From NCBI RefSeq assembly GCF_001194135.2, contig NC_068982.1, positions 109,550,941-109,614,940 on the forward strand: DNA of 64,000 nucleotides, written 5' to 3'. Shown piece after piece: positions 14,301-27,596 of this stretch (positions are counted from its first letter, which is position 1; each line of letters opens with the position of its first letter). The translations under genes and the position numbers were made by a program. The notes under the pieces were generated by a model. It saw only the letters and a program-made list of their open reading frames with translations. It searched no databases and was not told the origin of the DNA. This DNA is from Octopus bimaculoides (lineage: Eukaryota).

Positions 14301-14450
14301 GCGCCAAATACTCGCCTTTTCCTGCTCTTCTGTTGGTTTGGCGAAGGTGTCGTCTTTGACGGTCGGGAAATAAGTCCTGCGCAGGCTATTGGAGTATTTT
14401 ATAAGTGATGGGCGCAACTCCCCTCATCACCCCAGCATTGACAAAAAAAG
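11320..14450 (-). mobile_element. R4/Dong-like (RLE-type) non-LTR retrotransposon, decayed and internally deleted
   Basis: Minus-strand RT motifs LGMAWFDYRKAYDLIPHSW, MEFELKK and GYKYLDVLE, plus RLE motif KPDIVVVNKK. The N-terminal RHKWSKQVN segment and a putative 5' UTR lie at ~14100-14450. Confidence 0.8.
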
Positions 14451-14749
14451 TTAAAGAAGAAGAGAGAAAGAGAGAGAGAGAGAGAAAAATAATAAATAAA
14501 AAGAAAAGGAAAGGAAGATCATCTAGAGAGGGGAGGAAGCCATTTAACACAACATGTTCAGTATAATCCATGCAGATCGAGAGGGCGATTGAGAGGACTG
14601 CTTAAGATTGGTTGTAAACACGGAAATGAAGTAGATATTGAACATAAGGGAAGATGATAGAGGGGTGGGTGAGTGGGACGGGCGCACCACCGCCGAGTAG
14701 TGGTACCTATTGCAGCGCTGCTGCCCAAACAAGAAAATATTCTGTCGTG

Positions 14750-15374
14750 AAATAAATTAAAAGTTGCAGTGACATGTCATATATTTTGTAGATATATCTT
14801 TGTATTACTTTAATTTCATAGCTTACGGTGTTTTGATTGGGACTCTCTTGGTTGTAAAGAAAATTCCAGCATGTTTTTAGTAGCAACTAAAACTTGTGCT
14901 TTGCAGAGAGGGAGGGGAGAGAGAGAGAGAGAGAGAGAGAGACATACAGACAGACAGAAGGAGAGAGAGAGAGAAAAAGGAAGAAAGAGAGCGCGGAATG
15001 CATTAGAGAGGGAGGATATGAGAATTTACCTCGTGGGGTAAAAGTTACTTTCGAGAAATTAATTAAATTCGAGGACGGGGCAATTCAGTTCAATTCTACA
15101 TTCTACAGCAATAAATTAAATAAATTAAAAGTTGCAGAGACATGTCATATATTTTTTAGATATATCTTTGTATTATATTAAGATCATAGTTTGCGGTGTT
15201 TTGACTGGAACTCTCTTGGTTGTAAATAAACTTCCAGCTTGTTTTTAATAGCAAATAAAGCTTGTACTTTGCAGACAGGGAGACGCAGAGAGAGGGAGGG
15301 GAGGAGACAGAAGGAGAGAGAGAGAGGAAGAGAGAGAGCGAGGAATGAGAATTTACCTCGTGTGTTAAAAGTTA
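14750..15374. repeat. Local tandem duplication, ~300/260 bp units (14750-15047 and 15118-15374)
   Basis: Both start aaataaattaaaagttgcag(t/a)gacatgtcatatatttt and end gagaatttacctcgtg...taaaagtta, with GA-rich middles. Confidence 0.85.
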
Positions 15375-15380
15375 TTATTA

Positions 15381-15450
<70 letters not shown>

Positions 15451-15455
15451 CATTA
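15372..15455. repeat. (ATT)n microsatellite
   Basis: Direct reading. Confidence 0.95.
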
Positions 15456-16262
15456 TCGACGTATAAGACATACTTATCGCCGTAGTGTAGTAGTGAAAGA
15501 CTAGGATGTAAAATCTATTTTGAAAATTATGTTACCATAATCATTCATATATTTATACATTCCTGCTGCAGTCAGGGTGATGCCCTTTGAAATTTGTAAC
15601 CGTTACAAAATGAGTCCCATATGTTAATTGCCCACTAAGCATACCTGTGAATGTGAGAACGATATTGAAACACGTGTACGTATACCGACCTAGATTCGCA
15701 GGAAACCGAAAATAAAATCTATTTTATTAGTAATCATAACTATGATTGTTCTGTGCATAAGTACTAAAATGGTATACTTCGTACCATTATCGTTTAAAAC
15801 ATTACTTAAAGGAATTTTAAACGTATACATAGTATTAGCTTTAATTATCTTACAAACTTTACGCTAATATTTTAAGTATCAATGTTCTACATCCTATCGA
15901 GGTAAACATTTTCAGAACGCGTATAAAATCTGTGTCAGATGTATCATATACAAGGAGAAATGCAGTGATAAGTCATATCGGTGTCTGATATATTTAAAGA
16001 ACAGCACAGGTGAGGAATTAAATTGCAGACTTAATGGAAAAAAAATAACTTAAATATAATTCCTAAATCATGTCAGTGAGATTGTTTTAACTTGAGTTCA
16101 GTTCTGTGAGAAGTAGATCTCAAACTCATTTGGTAAATATTAACTTTCAGTTTCAGCATATTTTACTTATACTAAACTGGAGATAAGAACACTTACTAGT
16201 GACGATCATGCGCGCACACAATCAAGACACTATATATATATATTAAGATAGCTGTCTCTAAG

Positions 16263-16357
<95 letters not shown>

Positions 16358-18099
16358 CACTGATACTCGATATAAATAATCATTTGATGCTATATCACGC
16401 TAAATGAAAAGAAATAAATAAATATGTCGAGTTCATGAGCAAATAGTAAATTGAGAATTTGCACAGTTCACTGTACAGAAGTTGGATCATCTACTAATGA
16501 TTATTTATATCGAGTATCAGCTCTGCAAAGTATTTGTTTAATTCATAAGAATACAAACCTACTGATTACTAAACTCATTTTGAAGTTGTAACTTTCCAGT
16601 TCTTAATTTTCTGAGCACCAACGGGAGGTCATTTAAGTGTTTTACATGGTGAGTCTGGATTGTAACTTTTATATAAACCTTTCAAAATTTTTAGCATTGT
16701 AAAAATGTATAATTCTGTTGAAAAATTAATTATCTTGCTATTTGTGTATTGAAATAATTGATTGTTTGCACTAATTTAAATGAAAGAAAAAATAAAAAAA
16801 ACGATTGTTGATTATAAGAATAGCTAAGTTGGTTTAGTATGACATAGATGTCAGCCAGACAATTTTGGATTGATTTTCCTTCATAACAAGAGTTCGAATC
16901 CTCTTGTCAGTAGATATAGGGTAGTGTTTCTAAATAAAATGATAAACTAATGGGCTGAAATAAATCAAAAGCGAAACTTTATCGGTTAGACAGCATTATT
17001 AATTTAATGTACGAATTGCATTACACATACACACTAATTTCAGATAGATATGCGAAGCTACGACATCGAACTCCGTATATATCACTAATTTGATAGTTAT
17101 TTGTGATCGCGTCATCTACTGCTATGACGCCTCACTATAAAGGGGACTGATAGAATAATTTATCGTGCTGCACCTTTGGCATAAATTATCTTTTGGCGGC
17201 CGATCAGTAGTTAAATATCAAAAACAAAAGGCATCTAGTTTAGAAGAAAGACTGACTCTCTCTGTTGATAGTTGTAATGCAGTCGTCCAGCAAGTAATTT
17301 GTGTGGCTCGATTCCTAACAGTGGCCTCTTTATCAGTTCCGCCGAAAAAAATTTTGATTATGTGGTCTAATGACTCTAATGGCATTTACAATAATGTTAA
17401 TTTAAACCTCTGTGTTCTTTTAGGCAGTAAGAGTCTAGAAAATAGGGTTTCTGACCGCCCTCAAAACAGTTTGAAAATTAGATTTTTCTTTATTAAGAGC
17501 TCTTTGTATACCAGTCTACTCATCAAAGAAATAACGCAGAAGCAATCTTTTCATGGTTGGCATATTGAACAAGAAACATCATACAAAAATGACTGATGTT
17601 TCATTTCTATTTGTAGCACTACTTTAGTCGGTTGGTTAACAATCATAGAAAAGATATGCATTAAACCAGAACTATCCTACTCAATCATCATTTAGTGACA
17701 GTTTGTACATCGAAACGATATCACATTCAGGCATTCATCTAATTGCTCACATATAAACAAACACTCTGTTCTGCGCCATTTATTGATTCGCTAAAATGGA
17801 GTGTACATGTATTCTGTGAAAACTATTTTTAGTTGGAACGGGGAAGCTGTATGTATTACTAATATGGAGAAGATTGGTCAATGTTGCAATAGGAAAATGA
17901 GTTCTAGAGAAGGAACTATTAACCTAGCCTACACTCGTTATCTCATACAGTGTAACAGTCTAGGAAAGTCGATCGAGTTTTTGTTTATTGTAGACTTATT
18001 TTTTGAACATCTGGAAGTTCTTATTTACGACATAAAATTCTAGTGCCTTATAAACATTCAATCAGTCGGGTTGGACTTACACATGTTGCATTCTGTTTC

Positions 18100-18560
18100 A
18101 TTTGCTGAGTCTGGAGAAAAGGAAATGTTCATGGCCTTCGCAGACCCTTCAAAACTTATTAAGCTTGTGCCGTTAATGTTCCACTCAAACATGAGAGCAA
18201 GAAAAGTTTCCTGAGGGGTGACATTCTGGAGAAGAAAGACTAGAAACTGTGGTTAGTACGAAACTAGGGCGCTGGGCACTAAATAAGTATTCAAGTGAGA
18301 TTAGAGGGGTGACTTGAAAATACCTGAGTTAAGGTGGCACAAAACTCATAGTGGTAAAAAGGAACACAGAGAGACAGCAAGTGGGCCTTTCTTTGAATGT
18401 TTTTGTGTGCAGTACCGACCGATATGTGAAGGTAGTATTCTACTGTAGACTTCTGCAGAGGTGTATAGAGTACCAGTAATTATAGTAGGGTGGAGTAGAT
18501 TTTGGATCTGAAGAGGATTGGACTTTTACGATACGGTCTTTACTATGTTATGTATATGCT
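18100..18560 (-). mobile_element. Heavily decayed L2-group LINE RT 3' relic
   Basis: Minus-strand YTSAEV...SHI...IQRKA and later EWN remnants resemble an L2/Crack C-terminus. Many stops. Confidence 0.35.
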
Positions 18561-18600
18561 TTCCCTAGAAGTGATCCTCGGTGATAGTGAAGCCTAATAT

Positions 18601-18790
18601 CTGGGGGAATCGTGAGAACTCTAAGTGCTTCTCTTGATTAAGGGTATAAGTGATATGATGATGTTTTCTTGGTATGAATAATCCCTGAGTTCTTGTATCA
18701 TTTACAAGAACTCGGGGGTTATTCATATCAAGAAAACATCATCATATCACATACACCCTTAATCAAGAGAGTTCTCACGATCGCCCCCAG
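18601..18790. repeat. Long near-perfect inverted repeat (fold-back), ~88 bp arms, 5-nt loop
   Basis: Arms 18601-18697 and 18703-18790, with 6 substitutions, a 1-nt indel and a 10-nt indel. Confidence 0.92.
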
Positions 18791-19188
18791 TTGGATCATA
18801 TCCCTTCTGAAAGATGCTTTCGAGTTCACCGTTGAAGAAATCGGTGTAGGTTTGACGTATAGTGTAAAAGCTGCACGTAGATGATATGTGGTTAGGCAAA
18901 GTTTAGATACGTGTGAGTTGTCATATCGCACACAACACAGTGAAACGTAAACTTCTTCCTTCTGCTAATTGTCCCCATTACAGTTACACAGAATAGTCAA
19001 CATTCACTTTGAAAAGAAGATAGTGGCTCAACATACATGCTCAAATACATTTGATATATTCATTTTCACTGTTAAATTCAACATTAAGATCTACCGCATT
19101 TAGCTTTGGTTTCTATGCAAAATATATACCAAAATTATATTTGTCTCAGTTTAATCAAACACACAACTCTGTCTGTCTGTCTATCTAC

Positions 19189-19254
<66 letters not shown>

Positions 19255-22039
19255 CTTTCTCTCTTTATACACACATATACACACAACACGAACACATACA
19301 CACACATACACATTTCTGTCTGTATGTCTGTCCGTCCGCTTGTCTGTCTGTCTGTCCGTCCGCTTGTCTGTCTGTCTGTATTAATCTTTGTTTTTATGTC
19401 GTTATAAAACAATTTTGTATTAAACTGAAGGATTACACAATTCCTTTTGTAGAGTATAAATTTAGTATTGACAGCAAATTCGAAGTTTCGGCCAGCCAAC
19501 TATGCCATCATAGGACAGCATGATGATAGCTGAACTGGCCGAAACGTTGGAGTCACTATCAATACTATTTTTGTCAAAGAAAATACACACACGCACACGC
19601 ACGCACACACAACAGATGCACGCACAGAAAACTCACGCACGCACACACACATATACACACACACGTGTGTATATAAGTGATAGTGACAATAAGTATGGCG
19701 ATGGTGTTCTCACTTACAAAAGCAGACAGAGATATATAGAGAGGTAAATGGGAAAAGACAATTTACATTATATTTATTTTCTAATTAGAAAAATGATAAT
19801 TTGCAGCAAACCTACTTTTGAGACCGCAATGTATACTAATAATATATGTGCATAAATAGTTACTTGACACTGCAGTAGATATGATATAATGACAACATAC
19901 TATCAAAACATATAAAGACCAGAAAATACTTCATTTCCCAACAGTTAGCTAATCCTATCCAAATCTTAATTGAAACTAAATGTAATTATGCTTACACAGC
20001 CGGAATATACGAAGACCGCATCAATAACGACCACCAATCTTATTATCTGAACCGCAAACCTACTGTCTAACAACTGTACTTCTCTTACCTCAACTAGAGT
20101 GAACTCTGCTCTCCCGGTGCTTTTTTTGTTCTTGTAGCAGCTGGTCTATGGCTCTCCCAACTTACTTCGCATTCTTCTCTTGACATGTATATTGTGTCTA
20201 CCCCAGGCTCACGCTATCATGCTTAATCTTTGATTTATAGAACTTCAACTCTAAATACCAATAGTCTTCTTTAATGATACTGTAAACACTGGACTGTTGA
20301 AGTATCATTATTGTTAAAATTAGAAATAAAAATTTTGAAGGATCAGATATACGATGTTTTTTATAAGTTTGTCGACTTTTAAATAGTGCATAAAATTAGA
20401 GGCAGATAATTATGCTTCATTTTATGACTCGCATACCTTACTTTTAGGATATGTTTGACTTAGGCTATATACATCGATTTCCTTCTTCAGAAGGAATTAT
20501 CTTCAACATGCCCCATGTTGGATCAGTTATTAACTTTATGTAACCTATGTATTTTTGTCTGAAATAATTTTTTTACATTATGGGGAAATAACATGCAACA
20601 TTTTACTGTGGTTAACGTGTTATTTTTAAACATGGTTTTAACATACTAAAGAATAATATAATAACTTTATCAAACGAAGAGTAACTACTAATGTAATTTA
20701 TAAAATGAATTCTATCATTTTATTTAAATTAAAATGTTGCTATAGCTTCAGTACAGCTTTTCTGCCATACTCGTCACTAATATTGATTTCAAATTTTGGC
20801 ACAACGCCAATACTAGTCACTAATGTTTATATCAAAAATTACCAACTAGCTTTAAATGGCGTAAATCTCTCATGTTCAATACAAACAAGATTACACTTTA
20901 TATTGTTCAGTGGAATATATCTCATGTATACTTTGTGACACAATAACATCCATTTTAAATCCTGCAATACAGCATCTGTATATAATATAGAAATTGGAGC
21001 TCTACACATCCTATATTGCATATGTTAAGAAAAGGCTTTGCTTAAAGAATATGATTCAGCAAAGTTCTCCTGAAAAAGAAATCAATGGAACTAAATAGAA
21101 GATTTGACAGGTTTATAAGAATATATTCTGTCCTAAAAATCCTATTTGAAATGGATGCAGTTGCCGGTAGACAAAAGCCAATTTCACGCATTGTTGTCTA
21201 TTCAACTATATTATTTCAAATGCTTTGGGAGAATATGTCAGGATATGGTAGATGGGCAAATTCACTTAACAGTCGTAGTCGTATATGGTTATACATTACA
21301 CATAAAAAGGAATACCGAATGTATTACACGTAAATATATGAAACAGAAATTAACTATATCACTCTATAATCGAATAAAACAGCGTAACACTTATAGTTCA
21401 CTTGCTGTATATTTATGTTTATATATTTCACACTGTTGATTTCACTCTCGCTATACATACGCACATCAGACTTCTCAAATTGATCACCAACGTATTAGAT
21501 ATATTACAAACAGATACGTTTGCACAAATGATCAAATGCTGAAACCATTGATTCAATAAAACAATATGACAGTATTGCCATAAATCTCCTTTGAACGCAT
21601 CATTATACTAGCTCGTGGCATTGTATAATTGATTTAATGTAAATTAGTCAAGTGCTTTTCAATGAGGTTACTTCATCACACCACAACGTCAGTTTAATTA
21701 ACAGAAAAATAATATGCTGATATTCAAAGAGGTCACCGTATATAGGCTGGTTGAAATCAGTACAGCTGGAGCTGCTCGAGGGATCGAGCGTTTCTGGCCC
21801 ATTTACGGCTCATATTTACAGTAAGGCTGGCCGCCAATAACCTGAACCATTTGTAACTGAATAAATTGAATTTAATAAACTCAACTGCTCAAGATTGGTT
21901 GGTTGTGAGACATTTTGTCACGTATCCAAATGAGTATGTATGTATGCACGTATTCATGAATGCATGTATTTATGGATGTGTTTGTATGTATGCATGTATG
22001 TATGTGCGTGCGTGCGCGTGTGGGGTCTGCGCATGTGTG

Positions 22040-22083
<44 letters not shown>

Positions 22084-23089
22084 ATAGATTTCCCCTTATA
22101 TCGGTGAACATTACCAAAAGTATATGGGAAACAAAATCTTCCTAGTTACAGACGAGCGGCTCACTTCATTCTATTTCTCGTACTGCAACCGCTGTCAAAA
22201 ATGTAGTGAACTAGTAATTCGAAAATTTTAACATGTAATCAATAACGCTATTTTCAACAAATTGCAGTTTAAAATAAACAAAATAAACTGAAGTTTATAA
22301 TATACATATATAAATACTCACTAAGTAGCATCGAGTTTGTTTGAAATAGAATAAGTTAGTTGCATATACTAATATAGAGATTTCTATAGAAATACCATGG
22401 GAATACTCAGGTTAAATTGTACATTGATGTTCACATACTGAAATTGTAAGCTCCCTGTTCGCTGCAGTAAGAAATCACCAATGAATTAAGAACAGTAACT
22501 GGAACTGATAGGCTTCTGCGGAAACACACCAGCGTAAATTGGATTGAAGAAAAAAACCAAAGATATTTCTTAGTGGAGCGTGAAATAAAGTAGAGGTTAA
22601 AGTTTCTGGCGGAGGTCGTCGCCGGAGAGGAAATAGGATGATGAAATGCTCCGCTCGAAACTTTTCTCTCAGCTTCATCTCACTTTACTTCAAGATATAA
22701 CTTTTTTCTTTTTATTTCTCTACTAATTGTACATTTGGCCACCACTTTAGATGTTTATTTTCTTTTGAAAGACTTTTAGCAGAACTGGATATCAACACTT
22801 TCTTTTCAAAGACTTTTAGAGGAACTTGGTAGCCTTATTTTTGCTAGTTGATCTCATGAACAGTATTATAAAAGGATATAATCTCTTTCTGCTTTTGTTA
22901 ATCTATGAATTACTTGAACATAGTGCTTCGAAAGCCAATTCATCTTGCTTCAAGCATATTCCTATAGATGCTTACATATAATATTTTTTATAAAAATTGC
23001 ATGCACACACATATATACATGATGATGCATACAAAGTTAACGGTTAATGTATATAAGATCGAAAGAAACTTTAAAACTATTTTATATAT

Positions 23090-23688
23090 TACTGCTCACA
23101 GCTGTGGTCACCCAGCAGTGTGAAATTAACAGTAGACCTTGAAGCAATCCAGAGAAGATTCACAAAGAAGATTGTCTCTTTGCAACTGCTCAGCTACTGG
23201 GAAAGGCTGAAACAGCTAAGACTCTACTCCCTGGAGAGAAGGCGGGAGAGGAATGTAGTAATATACATCTGGAAGATCCTGGAAGGAATTGTACCAAATT
23301 TTGGCATTGAAAGCTACACCAATGCTAGAACGGGACGACACTGCATAGTGCCAAAGATCCCAGCAATGCCATCGCGCTTCAAGACCAGTTACTGCAACAG
23401 TTTGGGTTTCAGGGGCCCACAGCTTTTTAATATTCTCCCAAAGAGCCTGAGGAACCTGCACAAAGTAGTGTAGGGGTTTTTAAATCAAAGCTGGACCTCT
23501 TCCTGTCGAGAGTCCCAGATGAACCTACCTCGCGGCAGGAGGTGCAAATGAGGGTTGCTAAATCAAACTCCATTCTTCACCAAGTGCCACAAATTGTAAG
23601 AGGTTCCCTGTAATAACAGTGTAGCAACACGGCGGTGTATCAGCATGGCCGCAGCTCTAAGCTGAAAATATTTAAAAAAAAAAAAAAA
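23090..23688 (+). mobile_element. 5'-truncated CR1-group LINE with 3' tail and poly(A)
   Basis: YCSQLWSP...LEAIQRRFTKKI...YWERLKQLRLYSLERRRER...GPQLFNILP. The 3' UTR ggcggtgtatcagcatggccgcagctctaagctgaaa is followed by an A-run at 23674-23688. Confidence 0.88.
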
Positions 23689-24878
23689 TATCTATAGACT
23701 GAAATTTCCAACGTCAATTTTTTCAACGATCTTAAGTCTCTTACATTCAATCATCTCAATAGAAATGCTAGCTGAAAGGTAGAACTGTCCAAGTCTAGTT
23801 GATGTGTAATTGGGAAGTCTTCTGTTTCTGAACGAAACCTCAGTGAAAGTTGAGGCATGCGTGTTTTCAGATGGAAATTGAAGATTTATAAAACTTCACA
23901 AATTTACGCCTGTTTATCTTTATGCTTAAATGAATAACAAATGCGGGTTTTGAGAAATGCCATTAACTGTGTATTGTGTACAACGTCCTGCAAATATATA
24001 GACTGGGTATCGACTCAATCTAGCACTAATCTTCCTAAGACGCATGCCATTAATTGTGTTTTATGTATGACGCCTTGCAAATGTATAGAAGGTATTTACT
24101 CAACGAAGTGCTAAGCTTGCCAGAATGCAATGTTTGGATTGACATACATATGTCATAATAGGATGCGAATTTGTAGACTAGATCGATTATTTTTTAAATA
24201 GCATCCATCATTGGACACTATATTTCTATGATTGGAAGTCATTTACCTAAGTTTATACCCTGAATCATATAATGGTGGCAAATGTTTATTAATCGTGTTA
24301 ACAGTTGAAACATTGTTTTATATCATGCAAAACAGCAGTTTAATTTTCTTTTATTGTTGAAGAGTTTATTCATTCATTTATTTATTTTCAGTTTTAGAAT
24401 ATAATTTATACATTTGATAATGACGTAACTCTTACTGACTAAAACTTATTTTAGATTTATATTTTCTACGTAGAAGCGTTATATGCTGCAATGAAATAGC
24501 TGCCTTTCAGAGGGGGGGGGATTTTATAACCAAAATATCATAAAGGAGAAAACACCCATTTTCTTGAGGGTAAACATAATTGTTTGGTATGAACTGTAAT
24601 AGTTATGCAGGTAACTTGTACTTCGTGTGTACGTTGTAAACTCAATCAATTTTGATAAATTGACAAATTTCAGAATTGAATTTAGTTCTATTTATAGGAT
24701 TCTCTAATTATGTACGTATGCCTAAATTTAGTGTAAATACCTGCTGCTTACATTTCCTTCTTTCTAGAGTCTAGAATCTAGACCTTGCATTCCAACAATA
24801 AGAAGCTGTCTAAAAATATTTTTTAAAGTATATTGTAATAATTTATATTACAGTAAGGAAGCGTGCTAACCATCTGAG

Positions 24879-24914
<36 letters not shown>

Positions 24915-25173
24915 GTATGTGTACTGCGTAGATTCTTCTAGAGTGAAATAAATGTCAATAATATACTGATGTCAGTTAATTACACCCACAGTTCATATAA
25001 AATGGAATTCTGTCTGGTTTAAAAGATTCATTATTATCATTTCTTTTATTACCCTCCCTCTACCCAATTTATAATGTCACATTACGATTTGGTTGGTTCA
25101 GAGATGTTGTTATCACATAGATTCTTTAGGTCACGCTGTAATGTTCATATAAATGTCAATGATCTTCAGAATC

Positions 25174-25218
<45 letters not shown>

Positions 25219-26805
25219 GAAATAGACGTATTTTAGAGTATTTTTTTCCTTCAAGAATTTCATTTTTTTTTTGTAATATCTATTGTCTCATTCATTTGGC
25301 AAACGTTAATAATTATAAATCAGTAAAGTATAAAATATTTTGAATGGTTTGCATATACTAGGAAATAAGATATATCCTGCAAAAATGTCATGGAGAATGT
25401 ATATACCACTATTTCGTTTATTTTTAGTTGTTTCTTTTATTTTTAGTTTAAATTGTATGCATACTTACCTTTCAGTTGTCTAGTTATGTATAGTTAGGTA
25501 CATTATAGATGAAGATCAACGTGAAATATTATATGCATAGTATATTGATATCCTTAATTCATTCAATGATTCTTTTCTATTTAATACATCTCTTAAGTAT
25601 TGTGTAAGTTGCTGCTCCAAGGAAGCAATTATAAAACCAGGTTACCTTCCTGGGTATTTTAAATTCTAGCTCTACTTTTTGTCTACAATGCTCATGTTAT
25701 ATTTTAGTTTTAAACGTTTTCTACTTTATGTCATCTGTAGCCATACCTGTGTTATATAACATATAAATTAAAAGTATATAATTTAGGCTTTGAATTATAT
25801 AATGTTTATTTCATTAGTGTACAATTCAATGTTTGCTTTTAACGATGGATAATTCATTTGTGTGTAATTTAATATTATTTATAATTTTATATCTTTTCTT
25901 TCCTCGTTCTGCCTCTCTTTTTCTGAACTTCAATTTACTATTTTTTTAATGCTTGACGCTATATATGAGTTGTCGTATTTCGAATAAGTGGGTAAGGAGA
26001 CTGCATATTTTAATTGCACAGTGGAACACACTGTACTCTATTCTTGCGAAAGTTAACTTTGTCGGCATATGTAGGGTTGATATGATAACATTTCATATTT
26101 TTGTTTTTATTAATGACACTTAAAAATACATGGGCAACTGAACAGCATCTTAAATCTAAGTAACAGTATACATTTATTAAACCCGTTCTTGCTCTTCTAC
26201 GTAATGAGCCAATAAAACTTGTTACAGCTGTTAATGGAAAATAAATCCATATATCACTAAACATTGTATATAAAGGAATTTACGCATAGTATTTAAACTG
26301 TTTCTGTTTTTTAAGTTTAGATTCCGTGCGTTTATTCATTTATTTATTTTTTTAATTTTTAAAGATCTATTGATAACTCTTTAAAGACTATCCTGTTATA
26401 TATATATAAAAGTTGATTAAGCTAATCTGAAAGCAATTATTTTAATCTTTTTATCAAAGTAAATCAAAATTTCTGATCGCTATAAAATACAAAGTTTCTC
26501 GTTTTCCTTCTAATGCTATTTCAGAAGAGCTGAAATAAAACGGGAAATTATTTTCTTTTGGATTCAACAATGCAGAGTTTTTTTTACTGTTTCTCAACTG
26601 GTTTAAGCTTTTCAATAACCCGATTGTCATTCATTTATACATAATTTATATAAATCCTAAACTTACATCAGTTGATATTAGTTGATTTGATGTCTATCAT
26701 TTTTAGGTCGATGAAATAACTACCAGCCAAGCGCTAAGCTAATTATATACTTTCTTCTGAAATTCGCGGCGTTTTGCTCATGTTATAAAAGAAATATTAC
26801 AAACT

Positions 26806-26806
26806 A

Positions 26807-26865
<59 letters not shown>

Positions 26866-26872
26866 GTTATCG

Positions 26873-26927
<55 letters not shown>

Positions 26928-26935
26928 TATCATTA
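26806..26935. repeat. (ATT)n(CAT)n compound microsatellite
   Basis: Direct reading. Confidence 0.95.
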
Positions 26936-26939
26936 ATAA

Positions 26940-27148
26940 GGCGGAGAGCTGGCAGAATCGTTAGTACGCCGGGCAAAATGCTTAGCGATATTTTGCCCAT
27001 CATTACGTTCTGAGTTCAAATTCCACCGAGGTCGACTTTACACTTCATCCTTTTGGGGTCGATAAATTAAGTATCAATGTAACAATGGAGTCGATGTAAT
27101 CGATTAGCCCCCTTCCCAAAAATTGTTGGCCCTGTTCCAAAATTTCAA
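26940..27148 (+). mobile_element. tRNA-derived SINE (family B, Meta-domain-like core)
   Basis: Head ggcggagagctggcagaatcg (A box), gagttcaaattcc (B box) and core gtcgactt..cttcatcctttnggggtcgataaattaagta, which resembles the Meta/Sauria SINE core from memory. Confidence 0.85.
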
Positions 27149-27169
27149 TTCATCATTATCATTATTAAT

Positions 27170-27380
27170 GTGGCGAGCTGGCAGAATCGTTAGCACGCCG
27201 GGCGAAATGCTTAGCGGTATTTCGTCTGCCGCTACGTTCTGAGTTCAAATTCCGCCGAGGTCAACTTTGCCTTTCATCCTTTCAGGGTCGATAAATTAAG
27301 TACGAGTAGAGTACTGGGGTCGATATAATCGACCATCCCCTTCCCCAAATTTCAGGCCTTGTGCCCATCGTAGAAAGGAT
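27170..27380 (+). mobile_element. tRNA-derived SINE (family B)
   Basis: As above, with tail ccttgtgcccatcgtagaaagg followed by (ATT)n. Confidence 0.88.
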
Positions 27381-27409
27381 TATTATTATTATTATTATTA
27401 TTATTATTG

Positions 27410-27596
27410 ACACGCCGGACAAATGCTTAGCGTTATTTTGTCCGTCTTCATGTTCTGAGTTCAAATTCAACCGAAGTCGACATTGCTTTTCAAGCTTTTA
27501 AGGTCGATAAGATAAGTACCAATTGAATATTGTGGTCGACGTAATCGACTTAACCCTCTCCCAAAATTGTTGCCTTTGCACCAAAAATTTGAAACC
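27410..27596 (+). mobile_element. 5'-truncated SINE (family B)
   Basis: B box and core are present. Tail ccaaaaatttgaaacc. Confidence 0.8.

Noticed and set aside
14160-14450. Possible HDV-like ribozyme in the 5' UTR of the R4/Dong-like element
   Set aside because: Some helices are visible (gtgatg/catcac, taggctg/caaccta), but I could not map P2, P3, P1.1 and the catalytic C into a complete fold.
15916-16009. Candidate 94-nt cassette exon (ttttcag...CAG|gtgagg) that could join the alternative acceptor at 54030 in frame
   Set aside because: The peptide NAYKICVRCIIYKEKC... has no similarity to a juxtamembrane region and the pyrimidine tract is weak. Direct 6360-54021 joining already reproduces the RET exon 11/12 boundary.
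16870-16915. tRNA-like T-arm (agagttcgaatcctct)
   Set aside because: No cloverleaf or acceptor stem. At best a decayed SINE head.
17165-17596. 143-aa + strand ORF
   Set aside because: No recognisable domain, no convincing splice sites and a non-ATG start.
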